A stretch of 64,000 nt of DNA, taken from positions 124,001 through 188,000 of the IMG/VR virus record IMGVR_UViG_3300031963_000004; one strand, 5' to 3'. Positions 27,883-37,009 of the stretch are shown in pieces. Numbering within the stretch: position 1 is the stretch's first letter; the number at the start of each line of letters is the position of its first letter. The notes under the pieces are model-generated. The model did not search any database, was not told where the DNA came from, and was given only the letters and a program-made list of their open reading frames with translations. A program made the translations under genes and the position numbers.

Positions 27883-30687
27883 TTATCCTTTTAACTTATA
27901 AATTTCTGTGTTGATACTGTCTAATTTGTTTAACAGAGTTTTGTAATTTTCTTCCGCATTTTTAGCATCAGTACTATCAGGACCATATTTCTTTCGGGCT
28001 TCTAAGTAAGTTTGGTATGATTGATTCTTTTGCGGCAGATAAGCGTCACGCTCTTGTTGCAATTCTTCTAATCTTGTGATTTGATTATTTGGATCAAGAG
28101 ATGATGTACCCGTAAATGAACTTGCTGATACTGGTACTCCGGATCCTAATAATGTTTTTACCTTTTCATTAATTTCAGTACGGTCGAAAGTATCTACACC
28201 TACAGCAGGCAGTCGGGCATCGTTAAGGTTAGATGTGTTTAAAGAACCAAATAGATTATTTAAATTTTTCTTTTTTTCTGCATCGGCTTCAAAATATGCT
28301 GCTGACTTAAGACTAATCTTTTTGTTCTGCATTAGTGTTTTCATTTTCTCAGGATCTAATACTGGAAAACTAAAGGATGAAAATCTTCTTTCGTTACTAA
28401 AACTGAAGTCAGTAATTTTGTTTGTTGCAAGATTTAAAGGTCCTGTTCCCAACGGGGCGTATGACTTTTTAATTTTTTCAAACAAACTATTACTAGAACC
28501 TCTATTATCATTATTTGTAGAATCGTCATCTGTTGAATCTGATAACTTGCCGGCTGCGCTTAATTTTTTATCTGCTATTATAGCTGCATAGTTACCTGAA
28601 GCATAAGTTTTAACAATAGGATCAAATCGATTATTGTTGCTTGGGTCGTTGACAAATTGAATTGTTTTGTCAGAGCCAAACTTAGCACTAGTTAATGCTA
28701 ATCCTCCCAATTGATCTGAGCTTTCTTTACCTGATATAATACCTTTTCTATATAGGTCTGTCATTCCTTTTGTAATTAAAGTTTGTTCAGCTTTTATTTG
28801 AATCTTTTTATTAGACAAATATTCATTTACAGAATTTATGTTATCTTTTCCTGTGAATAACCTATTAGGCATTGCAGCAGATAATGCACTACCCGAAGAA
28901 ATTAACTTTTCGGCTAATAGTCCACTTCCTGGCTTTAAATAACCTGCTCTTTCTAGTTGAGTTGGTGTGTGCCCAAACTTACCAATAACAGCAAATTTAT
29001 TCCCACTAGAATCTGTTGTAATACCGTTCACTGCTCTCTTATTAAGTTCATCACTTTCGGCGTTTGTTGCTGATTGTGCTATTAGTGTTGCAGTTGTTGT
29101 TTTATCGAAAATAACTGGATTAACTTGTATTTCTTCTGATTCCGGCACCGTGTCCTTTACCGGCGGTTTTACTGGATTAGAACAGCTTGATCCAACCGAA
29201 CCATTGCATGATGATACCTTACCACTACAACCAGATGATTGTTTTGCGCTAGCATTGCAACTACCTTTACAGCAAACACCTTTATTATGATCTGGCCAAG
29301 GTGTATGTGTAGGGCATCGTGTTGTTATACTTTTTAGTTTACCAGGACATGGTGTCCAACCTTTTGTTTTGTCAAACAATGTTTCAGCGTAGCAAGATGG
29401 AACGAAAGGTTTTAATGTAGCTGGTTTAAGTGATGTAGAGCCTGTATTTAAATTTACTTTAGCTCCGTTAACAAATGAGGTAGCTGCGCTAGCCATACTC
29501 GCATCACCTGCACTATCAAAACTCATTTTTTTGTCAACTTTAAGAGTATGGTCTCCTACTGTGTGTTGTTTAAATTCTGTGCCTACTCTAATGCTAGTGT
29601 CTTTGGAACTTTCTACTGTGATTTTTTCTGTAAATAAATTAACTTCTTTACCTGCATGAAAATTAATTTTTCTATCAGCATGAAAATTTAAATCACCTTG
29701 TGTTCTTATGTTAACGCTGTTGGTAGCAAACACATCAACCGTGCCTTCTTTTCCTAATTCAACGTAACTTTGTCCATTGCTATGAATTACGAAGATAGTT
29801 TGACCGTCATCACTCATTGTAATTTGATGACCTGCTGAGGTTCTAACTCTTACTAAATTATTTTTTCCATCAAAATCACCGTCATCCATAACAAGTGAAT
29901 GACCACCTCTACGACCTATAATCTTTAAATCTTCATCATTTGCGTTTGGTATTTTCGCTGCTATTTCTTCATCGGTACCTTCAAATCCGCCCTTATATAA
30001 AGGTCTGCCTGGGGTGCTTATACCAAACACTCTTGAGGGACTCTCACGCATACTTGAGCTTGTGATTACTCCTCTAACTTTATCTTTTATTAAACCTTGT
30101 TCAAATAATTGTGTGGCTACTCTTTTATGCGTTGGTCTAACTGTAGCATACGGATTTCGGCTATTTGCTAAGGCTTTATTGTAGGGCTGCATTTCAACTA
30201 CAGGCAGTACACTAGCACCGCCGTATGCAGTTGATTCATCAGAATCTAATACAACAAAATTCGTTGATCCAACAGCAGGAACCATGTGCGTAAGTCCTGG
30301 CGCCGGAACACATCCTATATAAAATCCAAAGTCTTTTTTACCATTTAAAAATAAACAAACTACTTCTGATTCAACATCAGGTGGTTGCGCCCAAAATCCA
30401 TATGCATGTGGATTCTCTTTATATTTGCCATATTCAGAAGTTTCTTTGTCAATTGTTCCTGTAGTTCCACCAAAGAAAGGAGGTAAGAAACTAACTGGTA
30501 TCCATTGGTCAGCATTGTCAGGATCAAGACCACTAAAAGCTTCAATATAAACACGAATTCTTCCTGTTCTTGCAGCGTCAATGTTGTCTTTAACTATACC
30601 TTTTACAGGATAGGGAATTTCTACTTGTCCACCAGGATTAGGTTTATACGACCCGGTAGTACCTCTTACTTTAGTTACGTCATCCAT
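27883..30687 (-). CDS. gp5: Baseplate central spike, T4 gp5/VgrG-like, with C-terminal extension
   Basis: N-terminal OB-fold (GIVKDNID..RTGRIRVYI...W...PPD....V...F.NG); beta-helix motifs (GHSLVMDD, RTSAGHQITMSDD); PTH.PW..H motif. Confidence 0.8.
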   Translation of the reverse strand: MDDVTKVRGTTGSYKPNPGGQVEIPYPVKGIVKDNIDAARTGRIRVYIEAFSGLDPDNADQWIPVSFLPPFFGGTTGTIDKETSEYGKYKENPHAYGFWAQPPDVESEVVCLFLNGKKDFGFYIGCVPAPGLTHMVPAVGSTNFVVLDSDESTAYGGASVLPVVEMQPYNKALANSRNPYATVRPTHKRVATQLFEQGLIKDKVRGVITSSSMRESPSRVFGISTPGRPLYKGGFEGTDEEIAAKIPNANDEDLKIIGRRGGHSLVMDDGDFDGKNNLVRVRTSAGHQITMSDDGQTIFVIHSNGQSYVELGKEGTVDVFATNSVNIRTQGDLNFHADRKINFHAGKEVNLFTEKITVESSKDTSIRVGTEFKQHTVGDHTLKVDKKMSFDSAGDASMASAATSFVNGAKVNLNTGSTSLKPATLKPFVPSCYAETLFDKTKGWTPCPGKLKSITTRCPTHTPWPDHNKGVCCKGSCNASAKQSSGCSGKVSSCNGSVGSSCSNPVKPPVKDTVPESEEIQVNPVIFDKTTTATLIAQSATNAESDELNKRAVNGITTDSSGNKFAVIGKFGHTPTQLERAGYLKPGSGLLAEKLISSGSALSAAMPNRLFTGKDNINSVNEYLSNKKIQIKAEQTLITKGMTDLYRKGIISGKESSDQLGGLALTSAKFGSDKTIQFVNDPSNNNRFDPIVKTYASGNYAAIIADKKLSAAGKLSDSTDDDSTNNDNRGSSNSLFEKIKKSYAPLGTGPLNLATNKITDFSFSNERRFSSFSFPVLDPEKMKTLMQNKKISLKSAAYFEADAEKKKNLNNLFGSLNTSNLNDARLPAVGVDTFDRTEINEKVKTLLGSGVPVSASSFTGTSSLDPNNQITRLEELQQERDAYLPQKNQSYQTYLEARKKYGPDSTDAKNAEENYKTLLNKLDSINTEIYKLKG

Positions 30688-30698
30688 AGTTTAATACC

Positions 30699-33350
30699 TT
30701 AAAAATAACTTCTGCTCTTAATCCAATCCATGTCCTTAGATGATTGACTATTATCATCATCAATGGCTTGATTGGGTTTTGGGTTTGTGGGACTTCTGAT
30801 GGCACCTACAATGCTAGCATTTGTTCGTTGATTAAATTGATTAGCTGCTATTATACCGGCTGGATCAGGACCTTGTCGTGCAGTTGCTACTTGCGGCATA
30901 CCAGTTGGTTGTTTACCTTGATAAGTTGTTGGGGAGGCTGCTTCAGCAGACGAACGCTGTGCTTCCCCATAACTTACTGATTGTGCGTACCCGCCTGGAT
31001 TAGTTGGTCCTGAATAGTAACTACTACTAGTATTATTAACAGAAGTTTGACTAGCGGTTGTATTACTTGATTTAGTTGCACTTGCACCATTATTCCATGG
31101 TGGGCTCCACAATATTAAATTTAAATCTTGTGTAAATCTGCCTCTACTAAAAGTTGATGTTACATCTACCACCATATAAGAAATTGCACCGTTCAAAACT
31201 TTTTCAAGTTCAGGGGGGTATTTATAAACTTCAATATTTTCACTTGGAGTCATTAATCCAGTATTGTTATCATAATCAATTGCTTCATTAAATTTAATTT
31301 CAATAAACACTTGACCATCATGTGCGTCTACACTATTATCTGGTCCATATCGCTTTGGATACAAATCATATCGCATACCTGAAGTGGCTATTAAGAAATC
31401 TGGATCGCCCAATATTGAAATTTTTGCCGAAGCCTTATCACCGGGGCTATACAAACTAGTTCTAATACTTGCTGCTGCTTGACCTGCTTTACCAAATGCT
31501 CCGGAGTCTGACTCATTCTGTTTGGTCATCATATTAACTTCAACAGGAGGACTTGTATTGGGCGGAGATTGTTGTAAACTGTTCATGTAATACAAGGCAT
31601 TATAACTTTGTTCATAACTTAAAATTTCATTATTAAGACCTGTATAGATATAGTTATACCTTTTATGTGGACCGGGGTAAGAACTTGTTTTGTTAATGAA
31701 TGCTGAACGTAGATATGGTATTTTATAATTATTAATTAAGTAGGTCGTGTCATAGACATGACCCTTTCTTATGTTATCGTATCCGGTACGCTTCACTACC
31801 GGAGTCACAGTAAACCACATAAACTCTTTTTTCTCACCACCGCCTGCACTTTCATCAATGTCTGGTTCTGGATCTTCCTTGTACTGTTTGTTAAGTGCCT
31901 CTCTTACATAACTACTTTGTCCTATTATGGTATCTATAGCTTGTGCTATAGTGGTTCCAGAGTCAATACCAAATGTTCTATTTTTTCTATCGAAACTTGC
32001 AGTGGCTATTTGACTATTTTTATCATTCGATTCACTTGTTTTTTTAATGTTTGTTGATGTATTGGCTTTATAGTTTTTAATTTCATTATCAGTTTCATCA
32101 ACTAATAACGAACTTTTTATTGATCCGTTATCTATAAATTTAATTTGATAAGTGTTTTTTAATTCTGCTGCTTGAATTTTGTTAGTGCCACCTGTAATCA
32201 AATCATCTTCAAATTTGTTCAGTGATGTGATAAGACTATCTGTAGGATGCGTTGATAAAATTTCTTCAACTGTTTTACCACAAAGGGTAAGTTGATTTTT
32301 AATTATTCCCCTTTTAGTTCCGAATCCTGCCTGTACTGACGTATTTTGTGCTTTAATACTATAAGTAGTTGCTTTGCCGTCTAATTTGAATGATATACCT
32401 GTTAGTGTTAGGGGAAAATATCTTGGGAACAAACTGAATTGATCTGTCCCTCCACCTTTAACTGGATTGCCTTCACTGTCATATCCATAAAATTTGATAC
32501 CCAATATATACAATTGTTGCATATGATGGTTTGCCATATTCCCATTTGGAATTTTTTCTTGTGATGATACTCTAAGTGCAGCAGTTTTAAGTTCACTTAA
32601 AAATTTAAATCCATATGGTTCATAGATTTTGAACTCAAATGCTGTACTATCAACAGTTGGGCCGTCAGTTGATTTTGTATTAACAAATGTTTTAAAATTT
32701 AAATCATCAATATAATAATCACGTTCAAATAAAGCCTTACCTCCTGAACCACTGCGGTTAGTTCCGCCCGATTCAGCAACTACATACATACCTTCTAAAG
32801 ATGTTTCACCTGTTTCTATAAAATCATTATAAATTTCACTAGTACACATATACAAACTTAAATTGTAAGTATAGCTTATCATAGTTGATAGTGGGTTGTG
32901 TAGGCGAGGACCTGTTGCTGTTGCAACACTTGATGGCGTAACCGGAGGCTTAAATGCGACATCGTTTCCTGTATTAGATACGACTGCTGATTGTGCATAT
33001 CCACCGGGATTAGTTGGTCCTGAATAATAACTGCTACTTGAATTGTTGGTAGGCACAATAGTGTCTGTGAAATTATTTGCCGATTGTGCATATCCACCGG
33101 GATTAGTTGGTCCTGAATAATAACTTGATGTGCTTATTGTGCTTGTGCCATTAGCGTTTATCTGTCTACCAAAAGCAGCGGCATTTCTATCATCAGGATT
33201 TATAGCGGTTATAGGAGTCGTAGAAGTTGTCGGAGTCGCAGGAGTCGTATTTTGTTTTGTGACGGCAGCCACAAAGTCTGCATTTGTTTTTTGATTAAAT
33301 TGATTTGCAGAAATTACACCGCCTATATTATTCAGTGTTGGGAAAGTCAT
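30699..33350 (-). CDS. Baseplate hub protein (gp27-like) with low-complexity repeat-bearing termini
   Basis: Position between gp53 and gp5; NPL....SYTY..SLY, F.I.EPYG..F, ILGDPDFL and F..G.FTQ.L motifs. Confidence 0.6.
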   Translation of the reverse strand: MTFPTLNNIGGVISANQFNQKTNADFVAAVTKQNTTPATPTTSTTPITAINPDDRNAAAFGRQINANGTSTISTSSYYSGPTNPGGYAQSANNFTDTIVPTNNSSSSYYSGPTNPGGYAQSAVVSNTGNDVAFKPPVTPSSVATATGPRLHNPLSTMISYTYNLSLYMCTSEIYNDFIETGETSLEGMYVVAESGGTNRSGSGGKALFERDYYIDDLNFKTFVNTKSTDGPTVDSTAFEFKIYEPYGFKFLSELKTAALRVSSQEKIPNGNMANHHMQQLYILGIKFYGYDSEGNPVKGGGTDQFSLFPRYFPLTLTGISFKLDGKATTYSIKAQNTSVQAGFGTKRGIIKNQLTLCGKTVEEILSTHPTDSLITSLNKFEDDLITGGTNKIQAAELKNTYQIKFIDNGSIKSSLLVDETDNEIKNYKANTSTNIKKTSESNDKNSQIATASFDRKNRTFGIDSGTTIAQAIDTIIGQSSYVREALNKQYKEDPEPDIDESAGGGEKKEFMWFTVTPVVKRTGYDNIRKGHVYDTTYLINNYKIPYLRSAFINKTSSYPGPHKRYNYIYTGLNNEILSYEQSYNALYYMNSLQQSPPNTSPPVEVNMMTKQNESDSGAFGKAGQAAASIRTSLYSPGDKASAKISILGDPDFLIATSGMRYDLYPKRYGPDNSVDAHDGQVFIEIKFNEAIDYDNNTGLMTPSENIEVYKYPPELEKVLNGAISYMVVDVTSTFSRGRFTQDLNLILWSPPWNNGASATKSSNTTASQTSVNNTSSSYYSGPTNPGGYAQSVSYGEAQRSSAEAASPTTYQGKQPTGMPQVATARQGPDPAGIIAANQFNQRTNASIVGAIRSPTNPKPNQAIDDDNSQSSKDMDWIKSRSYF
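32989..33125. repeat. Two identical 44-nt direct repeats (32989-33032 and 33082-33125) encoding SYYSGPTNPGGYAQS; third copy with synonymous changes at ~30978-31029
   Basis: gattgtgcatatccaccgggattagttggtcctgaataataact read twice directly in the sequence. Confidence 0.9.
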
Positions 33351-33351
33351 A

Positions 33352-33654
33352 TTATAGTCCTAAAATTTCTTTTATTGCAGTTGCTTGTGGCAAGTAAATT
33401 GAGGTGCCTGAAACAAAATCGAATAAAGGATCTTTTAGTTTATTAGGATTTCTAGCAGCAAAGACCCACCATAAATTTGCGTCATCATATAAGTCATATG
33501 CCAATAAATCAGGTCGTAAATTATATGTTACATTTATTGTCCAATTTATATCTTGTGGATTTTTAGGTATATACCTATTTTCCATAATATCTAAAAACTG
33601 TTTATTAACAAGTTTAGTAGTAAAATATGGACTAGTTTGTTTATATGCAGCCAT
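33352..33654 (-). CDS. gp53: Baseplate wedge protein, T4 gp53-like (LysM-like)
   Basis: RPDLLAYDLY....LWWVF..RN....DP.FDF..G..IYLP; start probably ATG 33654 (TAATG coupling). Confidence 0.85.
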   Translation of the reverse strand: MAAYKQTSPYFTTKLVNKQFLDIMENRYIPKNPQDINWTINVTYNLRPDLLAYDLYDDANLWWVFAARNPNKLKDPLFDFVSGTSIYLPQATAIKEILGL

Positions 33655-34934
33655 TACCAAATACCTTTCTTGATTAGATCACCTTTAGCATAATCTTTAA
33701 CAGAGAACTTGTTACTAGAATCATATCTACTAATCATTGGGCTTGCACCTAATTGAATAGTAAGTTTAGTCGGTACGTATGTAGCCTCTTTAGAATGTTC
33801 GTTACGAAACATAGGTCTGTCAGGTTCGGCCCCTGCAGGTATTTGTGCTGATTCTCTGCGAAGTACTTTTGATATGATCGTATTAAAAATTCCCCCTACA
33901 CCGGATCTACCTCCGCCGGCAGCAGATTTAGTTACAGGACTATATGAGCCTAAATTTTGTCCGCCAGTGTTGGCGGGCAAACTTGCTCTTATATAATCAA
34001 CATCATTTGGAAGAGAATAGGTAAAGTTAGTTATCACTAATGGATGTTTAGAAAATTGATATTGTCCGTATCCAGACAAATAGCATAATGGCGGGGGAGT
34101 CCCTTTCATGGGATCCTTATCCATACCATAAAACATTTTTGTCACTGATTTAAAGAAATGAATTACTGCAAGTAAATATCTTGCTTCATTGGTATCTTGT
34201 GCAGTAAATTCTGCTGAAATTTGTATCTCACCTACATTACTGTTTCTATATTGATAAAATTTATAATTTGTATGAGTTAAATCAACAGGATCATAACTTG
34301 CTTGATAACTTAAGTTTATTATAGGAGTATACGGGAATATAACGCCGTTAGTTTGTCTTAAAGGATATAAAACATGACTATCATCTCTTGCATCCATATA
34401 CAAATAATTTGCGTTTGGTGCTAATTGTAACCTTACTCTCCAGTCATTTTCATTGATATTAAATCCTCTAGAGGGTTGAGCAGGAGGCATTGTTGGGTTA
34501 GCGAATATACCTTTTTTAAGTGGTTCCGCACTAAATGTAGTAGGTGCGGCTCCGGTGCTATTTGTAGCTGAAGCTGCATACCCTCCTCCCGATGTAGGTC
34601 CTGAATAATAGCTTGAGCTAGTATTAAAGTTTTCAGGCTTAAAATTAGTCGCAGACTGTGCATATCCACCCATACTAGTTGGTCCCGGAGAATAACTACT
34701 AGTCACTGGTCCTGAATAGCTGATTGGTGAATCTTTAAAATTGCTAGCAGATTGTGCGTAGCCACCAATATTAGTTTGTCCTGAAAAATAACCACTGCCA
34801 CTGTTACCTACTGTTGGTTGTGGACTGTTATTCCTAGTGATAGCAGCTACTACACTTGCGTTGGTATTTTGATTGAATTGATTAGCTGCAATTATACCAG
34901 CTGCGTCCGGAACTGTTGGGGTTGGGAATGCCAT
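33654..34934 (-). CDS. Baseplate tail-tube initiator/cap, gp48/gp54-like, with repeat-bearing N-terminal extension
   Basis: DWRVRL, GVIFPYTP, H.NY....Y.NS, FTAQ...EA.YLLA..HF.KSVTKMFYG and PPP...LSGYG; position beside gp53. Confidence 0.65.
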   Translation of the reverse strand: MAFPTPTVPDAAGIIAANQFNQNTNASVVAAITRNNSPQPTVGNSGSGYFSGQTNIGGYAQSASNFKDSPISYSGPVTSSYSPGPTSMGGYAQSATNFKPENFNTSSSYYSGPTSGGGYAASATNSTGAAPTTFSAEPLKKGIFANPTMPPAQPSRGFNINENDWRVRLQLAPNANYLYMDARDDSHVLYPLRQTNGVIFPYTPIINLSYQASYDPVDLTHTNYKFYQYRNSNVGEIQISAEFTAQDTNEARYLLAVIHFFKSVTKMFYGMDKDPMKGTPPPLCYLSGYGQYQFSKHPLVITNFTYSLPNDVDYIRASLPANTGGQNLGSYSPVTKSAAGGGRSGVGGIFNTIISKVLRRESAQIPAGAEPDRPMFRNEHSKEATYVPTKLTIQLGASPMISRYDSSNKFSVKDYAKGDLIKKGIW

Positions 34935-34951
34935 AATTGTATCCTTTTTGA

Positions 34952-34967
34952 TATTTATCGCTAAATA
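34952..34967. promoter_or_regulatory. Back-to-back late promoters (GATAAATA on -, CTAAATA on +) at the strand switch
   Basis: tatttatc g ctaaata in the divergent intergenic region. Confidence 0.55.
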
Positions 34968-35001
34968 ATATCACTATTTTTACCTTTTCCTAAAAAAATA
35001 C

Positions 35002-35030
35002 TTAACTTTCTTGTATTTTTATGTTACAAT
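35002..35030 (+). promoter_or_regulatory. Sigma70-like promoter for the gp55 gene
   Basis: TTAACT-17 nt-TACAAT with an extended TGn -10. Confidence 0.5.
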
Positions 35031-35054
35031 ACATGTAACTTTACACACTAACCT

Positions 35055-35951
35055 ATGACAATACCAACAAAAAAACCAGTAAATTACCTAAACAACAAAG
35101 ACATTCTCAAAGAAATACATGCAAGTAAAAACACATTTTGTACATATCTAGATCCAAAAAACGATCACAAGTATGATTTTATTGTGGATATGCCACATGC
35201 TAGTATTGAAGATAGTCTAAAATACGCAGCAAAACCAAAGATAATCAAAGAAGCTAAAGCTAATCGTGCAGCTAGATTATCTGTAGAAACAGGAACTACG
35301 GTTGATCCTAAGAAAGTACCAAACACAGATTTAGTGTTTAGAGTAATGACTTGGGATCATGTTCCGGTTGCCCCTAAGCAACCCAGAAAGATTGATAAGA
35401 AGAAAAGTGCAAAAGACATTTTTGAGTTTGAAGAAATCGTTGACGAGGCGTTTGTTGATCTAGAGGATCCAACTACAGCGGGAGAAGTTGATGATATGGT
35501 TCATATCAAAGTTAACTTTCCTCCTTTCCAACATTTTCGGATGGATGAAAACAAGTCGTTCCAATGCATAGGAAAAAGCCATTGGGAGGGTGACTTAACA
35601 ACAGGCACCTTTAATAAAGATCACGGCAACATAACCAATAAGCTAGCCCGTATGTATATTATGTTATGTGAAAAATACGCTATGAAATATAATTGGCGTG
35701 GATATACGTACAATGATGAGATGCGTAATAGTGCCATTTTACAGTTAACCTATGTTGGGTTAAGATTCAATGAGGCAAAGTCGGCTAACCCATTCGCATA
35801 TTATACTGCCGCAATCACTAATAGTTTTTGTAGAGTGTTGAATTCAGAAAAACGAAATCAAAACATTCGTGACGATATCTTAGAGATGAATGGACTAAAT
35901 CCAAGTTGGAGTAGACAAGGGGCCGAAGGCTCAACCGTTTACGAAGAATAA
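35055..35951 (+). CDS. gp55: Late-transcription sigma factor, T4 gp55-like
   Basis: YLNNKDILKEI...NWRGYTYNDEM...LRFNEAKSANPFAYYTAAITNSF.RVLN.EKRNQ; precedes gp47/gp46 as in T4. Confidence 0.85.
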   Translation: MTIPTKKPVNYLNNKDILKEIHASKNTFCTYLDPKNDHKYDFIVDMPHASIEDSLKYAAKPKIIKEAKANRAARLSVETGTTVDPKKVPNTDLVFRVMTWDHVPVAPKQPRKIDKKKSAKDIFEFEEIVDEAFVDLEDPTTAGEVDDMVHIKVNFPPFQHFRMDENKSFQCIGKSHWEGDLTTGTFNKDHGNITNKLARMYIMLCEKYAMKYNWRGYTYNDEMRNSAILQLTYVGLRFNEAKSANPFAYYTAAITNSFCRVLNSEKRNQNIRDDILEMNGLNPSWSRQGAEGSTVYEE

Positions 35952-35960
35952 CCAATGTAG

Positions 35961-35989
35961 TTGATTTGTTGTGCTAAAGTTGTTAATAT
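35961..35989 (+). promoter_or_regulatory. Sigma70-like promoter directly before gp47 (probably leaderless mRNA)
   Basis: TTGATT-17 nt-TAATAT with TGn; ATG 6 nt after the -10 and no SD. Confidence 0.4.
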
Positions 35990-35995
35990 ATCCTT

Positions 35996-37009
35996 ATGGC
36001 AAATTTATTTAATAAAGCAGCAGTATTCACAGATATACATTTTGGTTTAAAGTCAAATAGCTTACAGCACAATCAAGATTGTGAAAAGTTTGTAGATTGG
36101 TTTATCTCCCAAGCAAAGAAAGAAGGGTGTGAGACTTGTTTCTTCTTGGGAGATTATAACCATCACCGTGCTAGTATAAACATTCAGACCATGCAATATG
36201 GTTTAAGAGCATTGGAAAAACTTAATGATAATTTCAGTAGCGTCTATTTTATCCCCGGTAATCATGATTTGTATTATAGGGATCGTCGTGATATACATTC
36301 AGTAGAGTGGGCTAAACATTTACCAAATGTAAAAATTATCAATGATTGGTTCGTAACAAACGATGTAGTCATTGCTCCATGGCTTGTACAAGAAGACTGG
36401 AAGCGTTTACAAAAGATGGGCGGCAAGTATCTATTCGGTCATTTTGAATTGCCTAGATTCTATATGAATGCTATGGTAGAGATGCCTGATCATGGTGAGC
36501 TTAATGATACGCATATGGTTGGCTTTGAAAAAGTATTCAGTGGTCATTTTCATAAACGTCAAGCACGTAGTAATGTATGGTATATTGGTAACGCATTCCC
36601 GCATAACTATGCTGACGCAGGCGATGACGCTAGAGGCATGATGATACTTGAATGGGGAAGTGAGCCAGAGTTTGTTAGTTGGCCAGATCAACCTAAATAT
36701 CGTGTTTATAAACTAAGTGAAATTTTAGAAAATCCAGAAGGATTATTACTAAAAGATTCTCATGTAAGAGTTCATTTAGATATAGATATAAGTTACGAAG
36801 AGGCTAATTTCATTCGTGAGACACTAATACCACAACATAGTTTACGTGAAATGGCATTGATACCAATGAAACTAGATACTATGGCAACTGATTACACAGG
36901 CGAATTAAAGTTTGAGTCAGTTGACCAAATTATACTTGATCAAATAAGTTCTATTGAAAGTGAATTTTATGATCAAAAGTTGTTGCTGGACATATATAGA
37001 AATCTATGA
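35996..37009 (+). CDS. gp47: Recombination endonuclease subunit (gp47/Mre11/SbcD-like)
   Basis: Metallophosphoesterase motifs FTDIHFG, LGD, GNHD, GHFE and SGHFH. Confidence 0.92.
   Translation: MANLFNKAAVFTDIHFGLKSNSLQHNQDCEKFVDWFISQAKKEGCETCFFLGDYNHHRASINIQTMQYGLRALEKLNDNFSSVYFIPGNHDLYYRDRRDIHSVEWAKHLPNVKIINDWFVTNDVVIAPWLVQEDWKRLQKMGGKYLFGHFELPRFYMNAMVEMPDHGELNDTHMVGFEKVFSGHFHKRQARSNVWYIGNAFPHNYADAGDDARGMMILEWGSEPEFVSWPDQPKYRVYKLSEILENPEGLLLKDSHVRVHLDIDISYEEANFIRETLIPQHSLREMALIPMKLDTMATDYTGELKFESVDQIILDQISSIESEFYDQKLLLDIYRNL

Noticed and set aside
32989-33125. 44-nt identical direct repeats as a possible CRISPR mini-array
   Set aside because: Only two identical copies, in frame within a CDS; further copies differ at synonymous positions; no leader or cas genes. 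It is a protein-level repeat.
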